Source: Candidatus Saccharibacteria bacterium GW2011_GWC2_48_9 (GTDB lineage Bacteria > Patescibacteriota > Saccharimonadia > Saccharimonadales > Saccharimonadaceae). From it: 64,000 nt of DNA. Below the pieces are notes generated by a model that was not told where the DNA came from, did no database searches, and saw nothing but the letters and a program-made list of their open reading frames with translations. Every line of letters begins with the position of its first letter. The first letter of the stretch is position 1. A program made the position numbers and the translations under genes. Shown one piece after another: positions 31,357-41,649 of the stretch. The stretch lies in assembly GCA_001003725.1 (NCBI GenBank), contig LCPR01000001.1, forward strand, positions 23,410 to 87,409, given 5' to 3'.

Positions 31357-31916
31357 CTATGATATTTTAATAGAATTACCTTTGATAGTTCTGCGGTCGG
31401 GCACCTGCAGCTGGACGTCGGCGGGTCGATTTGGCTGTGCCAGGCGCCGCAACACAGTCCGTGCTTGCGAGGCAAATGTGTGCTTGCCGCTGATGACGAC
31501 TGCCTTCTCGCTCTCTCCTGGTGCAGTAAATCTGCGGACAAGGTGATCGTAGCGATCTTCTGGCAAGATAAGCTCTTTTGCGCGGTTAACGCGACTTGGC
31601 TTAGATCGGAAGAGCGTCGTGTAGCAAGCTTAGCGAGGTTTTGTCTATCGACTTTGGCTTCGGTACCGCCTTCAACAATAAATGTTTTTTTGGTTTTCAG
31701 GAGTTCGCTTATTTGTAGCCACGACAGATACTCTACTACATGCTGTTCTTCAGGGGAATATGTAGGTGGTGTGGCAATTGCTGCACGTAATTTGTCTGAC
31801 TCAACAAAAGGTGCACTGAACATGTCAGCAAATTTACTTGCAAAGTATGTTTTACCTGCCCCTGGCGTGCCGATAATAAAGACTACATGAGGTGTCGACA
31901 AGCTTAATGATTTCAT
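31357..31916 (-). CDS. P-loop kinase (AAA_33-like), broken by adapter/misassembly
   Basis: GTPGAGKT; natural-looking C-terminus (RRFTAP..VVISGKHTF) lies in another frame after the adapter. Confidence 0.75.
31603..31624 (+). other. Illumina TruSeq adapter fragment (artefact)
   Basis: AGATCGGAAGAGCGTCGTGTAG, 22 nt identical to the start of the TruSeq read-2 adapter. Confidence 0.95.
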
Positions 31917-32013
31917 ACAGATAAGTATAGCAGATTGTGGCGTATCGTGCGAAGACAGGGTGCGGTAGATAATTTACATTTTACCGCTTGCTTGATATAG
32001 TTATACGAGTTAA

Positions 32014-32090
32014 AGGGGTATAGCTCAGTTGGCTAGAGCACAGGTCTCCAAAACCTGGTGTCGCGGGTTCGAGTCCCTCTACCCCTGCCA
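32014..32090 (+). tRNA. trpT: tRNA-Trp(CCA)
   Basis: AGGGGTA/TACCCCT acceptor stem, CT-CCA-AA loop, TTCGA, encoded CCA; TTTACA-17-TATAGT promoter upstream. Confidence 0.95.
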
Positions 32091-32127
32091 TAGAAAAATG
32101 ACCATCGTGTGATGGTCATTTTTCTAT
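32090..32127 (+). terminator. Terminator after tRNA-Trp
   Basis: 17 bp perfect inverted repeat atagaaaaatgaccatc / gatggtcatttttctat. Confidence 0.8.
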
Positions 32128-32177
32128 AGACGAGCAAACATACTGGGCAGTAAACACGGTAACTATCCTATGCCTCG

Positions 32178-33566
32178 ATGCACGAGCGAGTTGTCTCTAT
32201 ATCACAAATGATATACAATCGTACGCAGTCTATGCGTATCAAAAAACGCCGTTCTCAACAAGATTCACTGGAGTCTGTCGGTCATGGGCCAGCTATCGAG
32301 CCCTACCCTGTAGCGCAAGATGAGCCGCTAACTCACGAAATCCTTCACTATCATCGAGCTCACGAACCTAGGTTCAACAAGGCGCTACGTTCTATAGGCA
32401 TGTCGGCCATTGCGGCAACGGCTATAGGTATAGGGCATGTGTACGAAGATGTTCACTCGGGGATTGAGGCCGGAAAAGCTGCTGTGCGTGACGATCGCGC
32501 GAGCATACACGAGGTATACGGCAGCGACAACGAAAGTGCGCTATATTCACATCATGCAACTTTCGTGCTAACTGGCCTCGGCACGAAGAACCCCACCGAG
32601 ACAGCGGAAACCTTGCGCTCGCACCAAGATGTCGGTAGCGTGTATGCGCTTGAATACAGCAATAAAGATCTCGATACTGCCGATATGGCGCAGCAAATAG
32701 TTGACCAGGCGGAGCAAGACGACTTGCGATATATATCGCTAGATGGATATAGCGCGGGAGGTCCGATTGCACTTGATATCGCAACTCACATATACCAACA
32801 CGAACCAGAATTGCACATAGTGTCTATCGTACTCAACAGCTCGCCTATAGGAGAAGGGAGTCTTACGCAAAGAAGTAGCGAGGGTATCGACATCATGAAC
32901 GCACTTCTATCGGTGCATGAAGACTTTGTGTACTATGAGCGCGGCAGATTGATAACCGAAGTGATAGCGCGGAGCGACCGCTACATGACCGCGCTCGAAA
33001 TAGTAGATCACCAGGGCTTTAGGTTGTACGATATCTCCACCTTCTCTATAAATGGCGTTAAGTATCTTTTCGACCTAGAAAATCTGCAAAAAGAAGTGAA
33101 GGATGTCAGTGCTAAACTCGATGAACCCGATACGGCAAGCGGTAGTTTAATTAAACATCAGGCGGATTTCATCGTCACTACAGATTACCGCCGCAATTTA
33201 GAGATACTGAGCGAACTGCGGCCAGGTGATATTGCACTGCCAGTTATCGTGTATACACGTGCCCAGCATGCTGACAATGATCGGGTGGTAGATATAGACG
33301 CAAGTGAAAAAAATTTCATCGATGCTGTCGAGCAATACGGCAACCCGTATGCTGTGATTGACGGACCTGTGCGCCATGCTAACCCCGGCGAGCTGCCATC
33401 TGAATACGCCGCAATGATTCGTGAGCGTATACAGCCTCGGGTTATCGGTACGCTAGTGTTCTATGCGCTGCGTCAATCTGCAGGGGATAGCAAGGTCGAT
33501 ACGCGAGCGCGCAACAATGCGAGCAGTGAGGACGATTTCCCTCTCGTGTCGCGGCCGGAAAACTAG
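32178..33566 (+). CDS. Membrane-anchored alpha/beta-hydrolase-like protein
   Basis: TM near N-terminus, GYSAG nucleophile elbow, late His (VRHAN); start uncertain. Confidence 0.6.
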   Translation: MHERVVSISQMIYNRTQSMRIKKRRSQQDSLESVGHGPAIEPYPVAQDEPLTHEILHYHRAHEPRFNKALRSIGMSAIAATAIGIGHVYEDVHSGIEAGKAAVRDDRASIHEVYGSDNESALYSHHATFVLTGLGTKNPTETAETLRSHQDVGSVYALEYSNKDLDTADMAQQIVDQAEQDDLRYISLDGYSAGGPIALDIATHIYQHEPELHIVSIVLNSSPIGEGSLTQRSSEGIDIMNALLSVHEDFVYYERGRLITEVIARSDRYMTALEIVDHQGFRLYDISTFSINGVKYLFDLENLQKEVKDVSAKLDEPDTASGSLIKHQADFIVTTDYRRNLEILSELRPGDIALPVIVYTRAQHADNDRVVDIDASEKNFIDAVEQYGNPYAVIDGPVRHANPGELPSEYAAMIRERIQPRVIGTLVFYALRQSAGDSKVDTRARNNASSEDDFPLVSRPEN

Positions 33567-34249
33567 CCTTCTATCTTGATGAGACTCTCGACAAACGGGT
33601 AAATAGACATGCCTCGAATCGGTTCACGATCTCCGATAAACGTTGTTGGAGTGCTATAGACATTCACGCTGTATGCGGCTTGATCTGCTTGTGTGATCTT
33701 TTCTTGATAGCGATTGGCGTCGAGACAAGATGAAAGTTGTGTTTCGTCGAGGCCAACTATCTCGGATATCTCTGCCGCGGGGAAATCGATAAAGAATGTT
33801 GCAGCGTTGATCTGCATGGTTTGGTTATTTTTACGCGTAAGTGCATCGTAGACAAAATCAGTTGTCTGCCAGTATTTATTCTGTTCGTTCCCACACATCA
33901 ATAGTTCGGTTAGTGACGCAGACTGCTCGGTGACGATGCTGAGCGGACGGATCTCCAGCTGCAAGGCATCTGTCTTGACGTAGTTGTCATAGACTTGCTT
34001 GAGTGTTTCTTCATGGTATTCTGCACACTTGTCGCAGACTGGGTCGGTATAGACTACCATTTTTTGCGGCGCGTCGTTCGAGCCAAGCTTGACACTAAGT
34101 GCGGCTGTGTCCGGTAGCTTAGTTTTTTCTTGCTCCTGTTTAATGACATTAAAGTACGTCACTGTTGCTATGACGGCTAGTATGACAATGCCTGCAACGG
34201 CCAGAATAACTTTTTCTTGATGTAGCTGGACGGATTTTGATAATGACAT
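33563..34249 (-). CDS. DsbA-like thioredoxin-fold protein
   Basis: N-terminal TM, CDKC, STPT cis-Pro loop. Confidence 0.85.
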   Translation of the reverse strand: MSLSKSVQLHQEKVILAVAGIVILAVIATVTYFNVIKQEQEKTKLPDTAALSVKLGSNDAPQKMVVYTDPVCDKCAEYHEETLKQVYDNYVKTDALQLEIRPLSIVTEQSASLTELLMCGNEQNKYWQTTDFVYDALTRKNNQTMQINAATFFIDFPAAEISEIVGLDETQLSSCLDANRYQEKITQADQAAYSVNVYSTPTTFIGDREPIRGMSIYPFVESLIKIEG

Positions 34250-34324
34250 ATTGCCTTCATTATATCAGGTTTATTACGGCTATGCTTTCTGTTATGATCA
34301 ATGAATGAGCGAGGCCAACATAGT

Positions 34325-35485
34325 ATGCATACAGTAATTATCGGCGGGGGCTTCGCCGGTATCAAGACAGCACTTGAGCTTAGCCGGTACCAGGCAGGCA
34401 AAATAACGCTTATATCTGAGCGCCCTTATTTTCTTCATCACGCATCTCTCTATTCTACTGCTACCGGACACGACCCACGTGAGTCCATGATTCCACTCGA
34501 TGAGATATTTGCCGCCCATCCAGAAGTCACTGTCGTCCACGACACACTAAAGTCGCTCGACCCAGAACGCAATCTAGCTGTTTGTCGGAGTAAGGATTAT
34601 CACTACGACAATCTCGTGATGGCTCTCGGTTCCGAGATAGACTACGGTGGCATTAAGCACGCAGCAGATCACACGTACAGCGTGCGCAATATGGAACAAA
34701 TCACCCGCTTTCACGACCATCTACACGAAACGCTCGCACGCGACCATCATGTAGACCGCAATTATGTCATTGTCGGAGGCGGTCTGACAGGAGTTGAACT
34801 AGCCGGTGCACTCAAGCAGTATATAGAGCAACTTGCCGCGCTGTATGTGGCAAAAAAAGCTAAAGTTCGTATTACGTTAGTGGAATCTGAGTCAAGACTA
34901 CTCCCGAATGCTTCCTTGCAAGCAAGCTATCATGTCGAGCGTAGACTTGCTTCTCTCGGCGTGAGCATCTTGAAAAACTGCTCAGTACACGCGCTAGACT
35001 CGGAGCAGATCACCGTAGGTAATAAAAAAATACCCACCGAAACAGTTATATGGACGACTGGCGTGCGCAACAACGTGTTTTATGCTAAGCACCCTCAGTA
35101 TTTCGATGTAAGTGCTTCAGGTCATGTGCAGGTTAATCCGTATTTAGAAGCATATCGCAATATCTATGTACTTGGCGATAATGTTGCTATACGTGGCTCT
35201 GGCCAGGTGAAAGGGGCGTACGGCATGGCGGTATTCCTTGCAGACCACCTGGTGCGTAAAGCTACGACGAATTCCTATGTGCCATATCGCGCGAAGCACT
35301 CCCCGCTTACTGTGCCTGTCGGTGACGATTGGGCGTACGCCGAGTATATGGGCGTGTACGTAACAGGCTGGTTGGGAAAACTTATTCACGAGCGCCATAT
35401 GTATGATGGATATCGCCAAATTATGTCTAAGGCTATGGCAGATGCAGCTGTTGCCTCCCATACAACAAAAATCGATAATTTGTAG
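34325..35485 (+). CDS. FAD/NAD(P)-dependent oxidoreductase (NDH-2-like)
   Basis: IIGGGFAG and IVGGGLTGVELAG, VLGD; start reset to ATG 34325. Confidence 0.85.
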   Translation: MHTVIIGGGFAGIKTALELSRYQAGKITLISERPYFLHHASLYSTATGHDPRESMIPLDEIFAAHPEVTVVHDTLKSLDPERNLAVCRSKDYHYDNLVMALGSEIDYGGIKHAADHTYSVRNMEQITRFHDHLHETLARDHHVDRNYVIVGGGLTGVELAGALKQYIEQLAALYVAKKAKVRITLVESESRLLPNASLQASYHVERRLASLGVSILKNCSVHALDSEQITVGNKKIPTETVIWTTGVRNNVFYAKHPQYFDVSASGHVQVNPYLEAYRNIYVLGDNVAIRGSGQVKGAYGMAVFLADHLVRKATTNSYVPYRAKHSPLTVPVGDDWAYAEYMGVYVTGWLGKLIHERHMYDGYRQIMSKAMADAAVASHTTKIDNL

Positions 35486-35573
35486 GTTGCGAAAACCATA
35501 ACCGCTGTCGTACAATAGAGACAAACGTGGTAAAAAAGGATGGTAAGCGGGTAGTGATCGCTGTACACACATT

Positions 35574-36797
35574 ATGAATATATTGATGCTCGGGTGGGAG
35601 CTTCCACCACACAACAGCGGCGGTTTGGGTGTAGCGTGCTACCACCTATCGAAGTCACTTGCCATTCAGGGTGCGAAAATTGATTTTATTGTCCCTTATA
35701 CCGCCGAACATCCCGATATCGACTTCATGAAAATTCATGCCGTCACCGCTATGACACCAGACGAGCGCAACGGTCTGGGCGTGTACGACAGTAGCAAAGC
35801 AGTCACCTCCAGGGAATTACCAGATATACCTGGCGGGTCAAAAAATATACGCGACCTTCAACGTAACTATGTATCTTATATAGAAAATTTCATTATACAT
35901 AACGATGTTGATGTGGTGCACGCTCACGACTGGCTGACAATGGAAGCGGGTGTTCGTGCAAAAGAACTAACAGGCGTACCCCTTATCGTGCACGTACATG
36001 CCACAGAATTTGATCGTTCCGGTGAGTTTAGCGGCAATCCTATAGTTCATGAAATAGAACAAACTGCCCTATTAATGGCAGATAGAATCTTTGCCGTGAG
36101 CAGTATTACAAAAAGTATCATTGTCCACCGCTACGGTATACCAGCCGACAAAGTTGAGGTTGTGTATAACGGTTTCGACCCTGCCTCATTCGATGATACA
36201 TATAATTACGATGCACTTACCTATCGCTACCTAGAAAGTTTGAAGGAAGAAGGCTACACTGTTGTGGCTACGATCACTCGTTTCACGGTTCAAAAAGGTT
36301 TATCACATCTGATGCATGCAGCAGCAAAAGTACTCGACCAATACGATAAAGTAGTGTTTCTTTTCGCAGGTGACGGTGAGCAGCGTGATGAGCTCGTCCA
36401 CCTCGCGGCACACCTTGGCATAAGCGATAAAGTACTCTTCACCGGATTTGTGCGCGGTAAGAAGTGGCGAGATGCGTACTCTGTTGCAGACGTATTCGTT
36501 ATGAGTTCTGTGAGCGAGCCGTTTGGATTGACTGCGCTCGAAGCTGCACATCATGACAATGCGCTTGTTATTAGCAAACAGTCTGGTGTAGGCGAAGTGC
36601 TAAATAGTATCTTCAGGTTCGACTATTGGGATACAGACCTACTGGCGGATCAGATAATCGGCCTCGCAACGTCACCAGCTATGTTACGAGCGATGAAGCG
36701 CAACGTGCAAGATGAGTATGCCAATCTGTCTTGGAACGATATCGCCGAACAGTGTATGACACACTATAGCTTGACATCAAATAAGGTAGCCGCATGA
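35574..36797 (+). CDS. Glycosyltransferase family 4
   Basis: GWELPP..SGGLG, HAHDW, SEPFGLTALEA. Confidence 0.93.
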   Translation: MNILMLGWELPPHNSGGLGVACYHLSKSLAIQGAKIDFIVPYTAEHPDIDFMKIHAVTAMTPDERNGLGVYDSSKAVTSRELPDIPGGSKNIRDLQRNYVSYIENFIIHNDVDVVHAHDWLTMEAGVRAKELTGVPLIVHVHATEFDRSGEFSGNPIVHEIEQTALLMADRIFAVSSITKSIIVHRYGIPADKVEVVYNGFDPASFDDTYNYDALTYRYLESLKEEGYTVVATITRFTVQKGLSHLMHAAAKVLDQYDKVVFLFAGDGEQRDELVHLAAHLGISDKVLFTGFVRGKKWRDAYSVADVFVMSSVSEPFGLTALEAAHHDNALVISKQSGVGEVLNSIFRFDYWDTDLLADQIIGLATSPAMLRAMKRNVQDEYANLSWNDIAEQCMTHYSLTSNKVAA

Positions 36798-38005
36798 ACA
36801 ATAAATCAATAGTACTGTATTTTCAGTTGCATCAGCCGTACCGGGTGAAGCGCTATACCATTTTTGATACAGCGCATGACCACGTCTATTTTAACGATGA
36901 GGGAGAGTCCGACAAAAATAATAAAGCAGTATTTGAGCGTGTTGCCGAAAAATCATATCGTCCCATGACGGAACTGCTTGAGAAGTTGATGTATGAACAA
37001 CCAGACTTTCGATTCTCGCTTAGCATTACTGGAGTATTTCTCGAGCAAGCCGCGCAGTGGGCTCCAGATATTATTGAGTCTGTGCAACGCATGGTCGCGT
37101 CGGGTCGTGTTGAACTTCTTTCGGAAACGTACCATCATTCGCTCGCATTTTTTCATAGTAAAAGCGAATTTGAGACGCAAGTCGCACTTCATAGAGAGGC
37201 TATCTTTAAGACGTTTGGTGTTATACCTCTTGTTTTTCGCAACACAGAGCTTGCGTACAACGACGAATTAGCAAGTTGGGCTGCGGGTCGTGGATATAAA
37301 ACAATCTTGGCAGAAGGATGGGATACTGCTCTTGATTGGAGGAGCCCGAACCATGTATATAGAGCGGCCGGTAGCGATACACTTGCCCTTATGCTCAAGA
37401 ACTATCGACTGAGTGATGATCTGGCGTTTCGCTTCAGCGACCAAAGATGGGCTGAGTGGCCACTTACAGCTGGCAAGTATATAGACTGGCTGCATTCATC
37501 AGATGATTCCGGGTCAATCATTAATCTGTTTATGGATTTTGAAACTTTTGGAGAACACCAATGGGAATCAACTGGCATATTCCAGTTCTTTGCCGACTTT
37601 GTCAAAGAGTGGAGCGTTTCGCACGGCGCGTTCTCGACCATATCTCAGGCAGTAGAGGCTCATGAGCCTGTCGACACAGTCAGTATGCCACAGACAATTA
37701 CGTGGGCAGACGCAGAGCGCGACCTAAGCGCATGGAATGGTAACGAGCTTCAGAAGGAAGCATTGCGGCATGTCTATGATCTTGAGCATGAAATTATTCA
37801 AACCGAAGATGCCGATTTGATCGCAGATTGGCGCAAATTGCTCACGTCCGATCATTTCTATTACATGGCAACAAAATGGCATGAAGACGGCAATATTCAT
37901 GCATATTTTAGTCCGTACGATTCTCCGTACGATGCGTTCTTATCGTACATGAACGTCATACGAGATATCCGCTGGCGTGTAATGCAGCATCGAAAAGGAT
38001 TGTAG
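36794..38005 (+). CDS. Glycoside hydrolase family 57
   Basis: HQP, ETYHHSL, FRNTEL, DFETFGEH. Confidence 0.93.
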   Translation: MNNKSIVLYFQLHQPYRVKRYTIFDTAHDHVYFNDEGESDKNNKAVFERVAEKSYRPMTELLEKLMYEQPDFRFSLSITGVFLEQAAQWAPDIIESVQRMVASGRVELLSETYHHSLAFFHSKSEFETQVALHREAIFKTFGVIPLVFRNTELAYNDELASWAAGRGYKTILAEGWDTALDWRSPNHVYRAAGSDTLALMLKNYRLSDDLAFRFSDQRWAEWPLTAGKYIDWLHSSDDSGSIINLFMDFETFGEHQWESTGIFQFFADFVKEWSVSHGAFSTISQAVEAHEPVDTVSMPQTITWADAERDLSAWNGNELQKEALRHVYDLEHEIIQTEDADLIADWRKLLTSDHFYYMATKWHEDGNIHAYFSPYDSPYDAFLSYMNVIRDIRWRVMQHRKGL

Positions 38006-38007
38006 CA

Positions 38008-39957
38008 ATGGCTCGGCCAATCGTCCTTAGTAACGGAGAGCTTCACGTGGGTATTAATAATTTTGGCCTTGTCCACGATTTCTATTACCCGTATGTAGGT
38101 CTAGAGAACCATTCTGCAGGCAAAGATCTGCGACACCATGTAGGTGTGTGGGTCGATGGCGAGCTTAGCTGGCTTGATAACAATGCCGAGGATTGGCAGA
38201 CGAGCTTTTCCTATCCACATAAAGGCCTCGTAGGTCACATCACCGCAGTAAACCAGCGCCTAGGAGTTGTCATAGAGTTTGATGATGCTGTGGACGCACA
38301 TATGAACGCATTTTTACGCAATATTCATGTAGTTAACTCTGTGGACACGCCTCGAGAGATTCGCCTCTTCACGCACCAGGCTTTCGCTATAGGTGACTCG
38401 AGGAGCAACACAGATACAGCGCAATATCTGCCAGACAGTAACGCTATCATGCATTACCGTGGTAAGCGTGTGTTTGTCGTGTCAGGTATGTTCGACGATA
38501 TGCCGTTCGACCAGCATGCCGTTGGCATATTCGGCATCGAAGGCAAAGAGGGTACTTGGCGCGATGCCGAAGATGGCGAGCTATGTATGAGCAACGTCGA
38601 ACATGGACGAGTTGATAGTGCGCTGCGATTTACGTTGCAGCTAGAGCCTCACGGTTCTGGACGGGTGCACTACTGGATTGCTGCAGGCACTTCTATGCGA
38701 GATGCCTTGCAGGTTAACAAATCTATTCAAGAAAAAGGCGTCGATCATTACATGCATAGTACATTGGACTGGTGGCATAAGTGGCTCGAGCCTGCGCACC
38801 AGGTGACAGACCGCATGGAGGTCAAGTACCGCGACGATTTCTTGCACAGCTTAATGATTATCAAATCTCAAATTGATAAGCGTGGTGCAGTGATGGCAAG
38901 CACAGATTCCGGCATGCTCAATTATTGGAGAGATGCTTATGCGTACTGTTGGCCACGAGACGGTGCGTATGTACTGTGGCCGCTTATCAGGCTCGGCTAT
39001 ACAGAGGAGCCTCTGCGATTCTTCGAATTCTGCCGACGAGTGCAGCATCCTTCAGGATATCTAATGCATAAATTCCGTGCCGACGGAGCTCTTGGTTCGA
39101 GCTGGCATCCATATGTACACGGCGACATTGTTGCGCCGCCTATTCAAGAAGACGAAACAGCGCTCGTACTATTTGTCTTCGCGCAGTATTACGGCATGCA
39201 CAAAGACGAAAAACTACTAGAAGATTTTTACGCGTCCATGGTGAAACCAATGGCTATGTTTATGGCTGATTTTATCGACTCTTCTACAGGACTACCTAGA
39301 CCTTCGTACGACCTGTGGGAAGAAGTGTTTCTCACTACTACGTACACTACTTCTGTGGTCTACGCGGCGTTACTTGCGGCGGGCGACCTTGCAGAAGCGG
39401 CTGGCGACGCAGACAATGCCGTAGCATGGCGTCTTGCGGCCGATGATATATACGAAGCTGCGCACAAGCATCTCTACAATAAAAGTCGCAAATCATTTTA
39501 CAAAGGTATTTTAGCCGATGGACGCAGTATCACGTACGATGAGCGCATAGATGCCTCAAGCGTATTCGGCGCGTTTATGTTTGGGCTGTTTCCAGCAAAA
39601 GAAACTGAGCTGCAGAGTGCCCTGCAATCCCTGCTAGATGCTTTTCCTACGCACGAAGGAAGCTATGGATTGCCACGGTATGAGGGTGATAATTATTTGC
39701 GAAACGAACACTCCGGCCAGGGGAATTCATGGTTTATCTCATCTTTATGGCTCGCGCAGTACTGTGTAGAAGCGGGAGATGACCAGACGGCGCATAAGAT
39801 CCTAGAATGGGTACAGTCGCACGCGCTCAATACTGGCGTACTTGCCGAGCAGGTCAATCCAGTTACCGGTGAACTTCTTTCCGTAGCACCGTTAACATGG
39901 AGTCATGCCGAGTTTTTAGCGACGATTCTCGATATGATTACGGAGCCTGAGGAATAG
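38008..39957 (+). CDS. Glycoside hydrolase family 15 (glucoamylase-like)
   Basis: YCWPRDG, QEDETA, DLWEE, PLTWSHA. Confidence 0.92.
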   Translation: MARPIVLSNGELHVGINNFGLVHDFYYPYVGLENHSAGKDLRHHVGVWVDGELSWLDNNAEDWQTSFSYPHKGLVGHITAVNQRLGVVIEFDDAVDAHMNAFLRNIHVVNSVDTPREIRLFTHQAFAIGDSRSNTDTAQYLPDSNAIMHYRGKRVFVVSGMFDDMPFDQHAVGIFGIEGKEGTWRDAEDGELCMSNVEHGRVDSALRFTLQLEPHGSGRVHYWIAAGTSMRDALQVNKSIQEKGVDHYMHSTLDWWHKWLEPAHQVTDRMEVKYRDDFLHSLMIIKSQIDKRGAVMASTDSGMLNYWRDAYAYCWPRDGAYVLWPLIRLGYTEEPLRFFEFCRRVQHPSGYLMHKFRADGALGSSWHPYVHGDIVAPPIQEDETALVLFVFAQYYGMHKDEKLLEDFYASMVKPMAMFMADFIDSSTGLPRPSYDLWEEVFLTTTYTTSVVYAALLAAGDLAEAAGDADNAVAWRLAADDIYEAAHKHLYNKSRKSFYKGILADGRSITYDERIDASSVFGAFMFGLFPAKETELQSALQSLLDAFPTHEGSYGLPRYEGDNYLRNEHSGQGNSWFISSLWLAQYCVEAGDDQTAHKILEWVQSHALNTGVLAEQVNPVTGELLSVAPLTWSHAEFLATILDMITEPEE

Positions 39958-39958
39958 T

Positions 39959-40597
39959 ATGCTCGGAACCCCTCTTTTAACACTCCGTCAGAAAGACCGA
40001 ATATCGCTCGCCTTTAAGCAATTTGCCAAAAAATCACAGGTCATGTACATGGGTGGTGTCAAGCAGCATAGCGTCGAGTATCACCTCGTACGCGGCTTTA
40101 CAGCATCTCATACGCATAAAGACACTGACCACTGCATAGGCACTTTTCTGCATCACGATTTTATATCCCTGCACCGCGAAACACCTATTGGGCGTGTGGT
40201 AATTACCGAAGTTGATCTCCATACGCTACACCCATTCAGCCACTTCTTTATCGTACCTAGCCTACTGGTTAGAGATTGGTTCGATTCTATACTAAAACTG
40301 TATTCGCACCATAGGCATGCCCCCTATGCCCCCCATGACGGATTTTCTCCGCGCTTTAAGGACACGCACACCATACTCTCGCTCCCTACGTATTTTGCAA
40401 AGTCACTGTATTTTGCGAGCGAAGAGGTGGCAAAATGCATTAGCGCTATGCAGCAACATCAATACATATACGAAGTTATAGACAATAGCTTGTTTGTGTA
40501 CAATCTCGAGCAAACAGAACCGACAGAAAAGTCCATAGATACACAAGTGCGCTTTTCGTGTGCGCTGGCTACGGCACTAGAGACACGCAACAAATAA
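39959..40597 (+). CDS. Hypothetical protein
   Basis: ORF starts 1 nt after the GH15 stop. Confidence 0.7.
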   Translation: MLGTPLLTLRQKDRISLAFKQFAKKSQVMYMGGVKQHSVEYHLVRGFTASHTHKDTDHCIGTFLHHDFISLHRETPIGRVVITEVDLHTLHPFSHFFIVPSLLVRDWFDSILKLYSHHRHAPYAPHDGFSPRFKDTHTILSLPTYFAKSLYFASEEVAKCISAMQQHQYIYEVIDNSLFVYNLEQTEPTEKSIDTQVRFSCALATALETRNK

Positions 40598-40620
40598 CCC
40601 CGCGGTGTTCGCGGGGTTAT
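40594..40620. terminator. Bidirectional terminator
   Basis: ataaccccgcg / cgcggggttat. Confidence 0.75.
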
Positions 40621-40625
40621 GTTGT

Positions 40626-40832
40626 TTAGCTTTTTCGCTTCTTGATCTCGTTACGACCGAGGTTTTTCTTGGTTTCGGTGTACGTTGCATGTTTACGAGC
40701 AACTGGATCGTACTTTTTAAGCACTAGTTTGTCTGGGGTGTTCTGGGTATTTTTGACCGTATAGTACGTGCGGTGACCAGACAAGTCACTCACGAGGCCG
40801 ATCAGCTTGCGCTTTGTATTCTTCTTTGCCAC
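40626..40832 (-). CDS. rpmG: 50S ribosomal protein bL33 (Cys-free)
   Basis: [19 protein letters not shown]. Confidence 0.92.
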   Translation of the reverse strand: MAKKNTKRKLIGLVSDLSGHRTYYTVKNTQNTPDKLVLKKYDPVARKHATYTETKKNLGRNEIKKRKS

Positions 40833-40921
40833 TTCAACTTCCTTATTAGATTATCCACGAGGGATTTGATAAGACTTTCAAAGTAAGATTATAGCAAAAT
40901 CACCACTGATTAGCAAGCGAT

Positions 40922-41416
40922 CTAGCGAAAGTTGACAAATTGCAGCGGCACATCCACCTCTAACTGACGTACATGTGCCATGACAGACTGCAGTTCATCT
41001 TTACTTGCGCTCGTAACGCGCAGTTCTTCTCCCTGAATAACCGGCTTGGCTTTTTTAAACTCGTCGCGAATACTCTTTGCAATGAACTTGGCGTTCTCCT
41101 GTGTGAGACCTTTTTTGAAAGGAACTTCTTTGGTAGCTCGCATATTCGATTCGTGAATATCTTTCGTAAGGTCGAGAACCTTACTACTTACTTCGCGTGC
41201 GGCGAGTTTCTTGCGAATAATATCGAGCACCGCATCTATCTGCCACTCATTTGCTCCAATCACTTTAATTCCCTCTCGGGCACCCATCCACTCTATACCG
41301 GCGGGTGTGCCTTTGAAATCATAGCGACTGGCTATTTCTTTTTCTGTCTGCATGAACATGTTGTTCATCTCCGACTTGTCGTAGTCGGATACTATATCTA
41401 AGCTAAAAGTACTCAT
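40922..41416 (-). CDS. yajQ: YajQ family nucleotide-binding protein
   Basis: FSLDIVS, RYDFKG, IQGEELRV, DELQ, LQFVNFR. Confidence 0.92.
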   Translation of the reverse strand: MSTFSLDIVSDYDKSEMNNMFMQTEKEIASRYDFKGTPAGIEWMGAREGIKVIGANEWQIDAVLDIIRKKLAAREVSSKVLDLTKDIHESNMRATKEVPFKKGLTQENAKFIAKSIRDEFKKAKPVIQGEELRVTSASKDELQSVMAHVRQLEVDVPLQFVNFR

Positions 41417-41521
41417 ACTTCTATTGTAACAAATCGGCGCAATACACACTGAGCGAGGTCCGGTACAGGTAGCCTAGAAGTTGTCTGTGTGGTATAGTTG
41501 TTCATGATTTACCATACATGC

Positions 41522-41596
<75 letters not shown>

Positions 41597-41649
41597 TGGT
41601 ATACAGAAATGCCCTTCATAGCGAAGGGCTGTTTTTATAACAGTACGCT

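Noticed and set aside
31350-31620. C-terminus of the 188 aa ORF (RRSSDLSQVALT...) as real protein
   Set aside because: It begins inside the adapter sequence and is out of frame with the natural C-terminus.
32014-32180. Integrative element at tRNA-Trp
   Set aside because: No integrase and no duplicated tRNA 3' end were seen in the window.
33563-33566. Shared CTAG stop overlap of convergent genes, and the 26 nt GT2/kinase tail overlap at 28975-29000
   Set aside because: These are common results of genome compaction, with no further signal.
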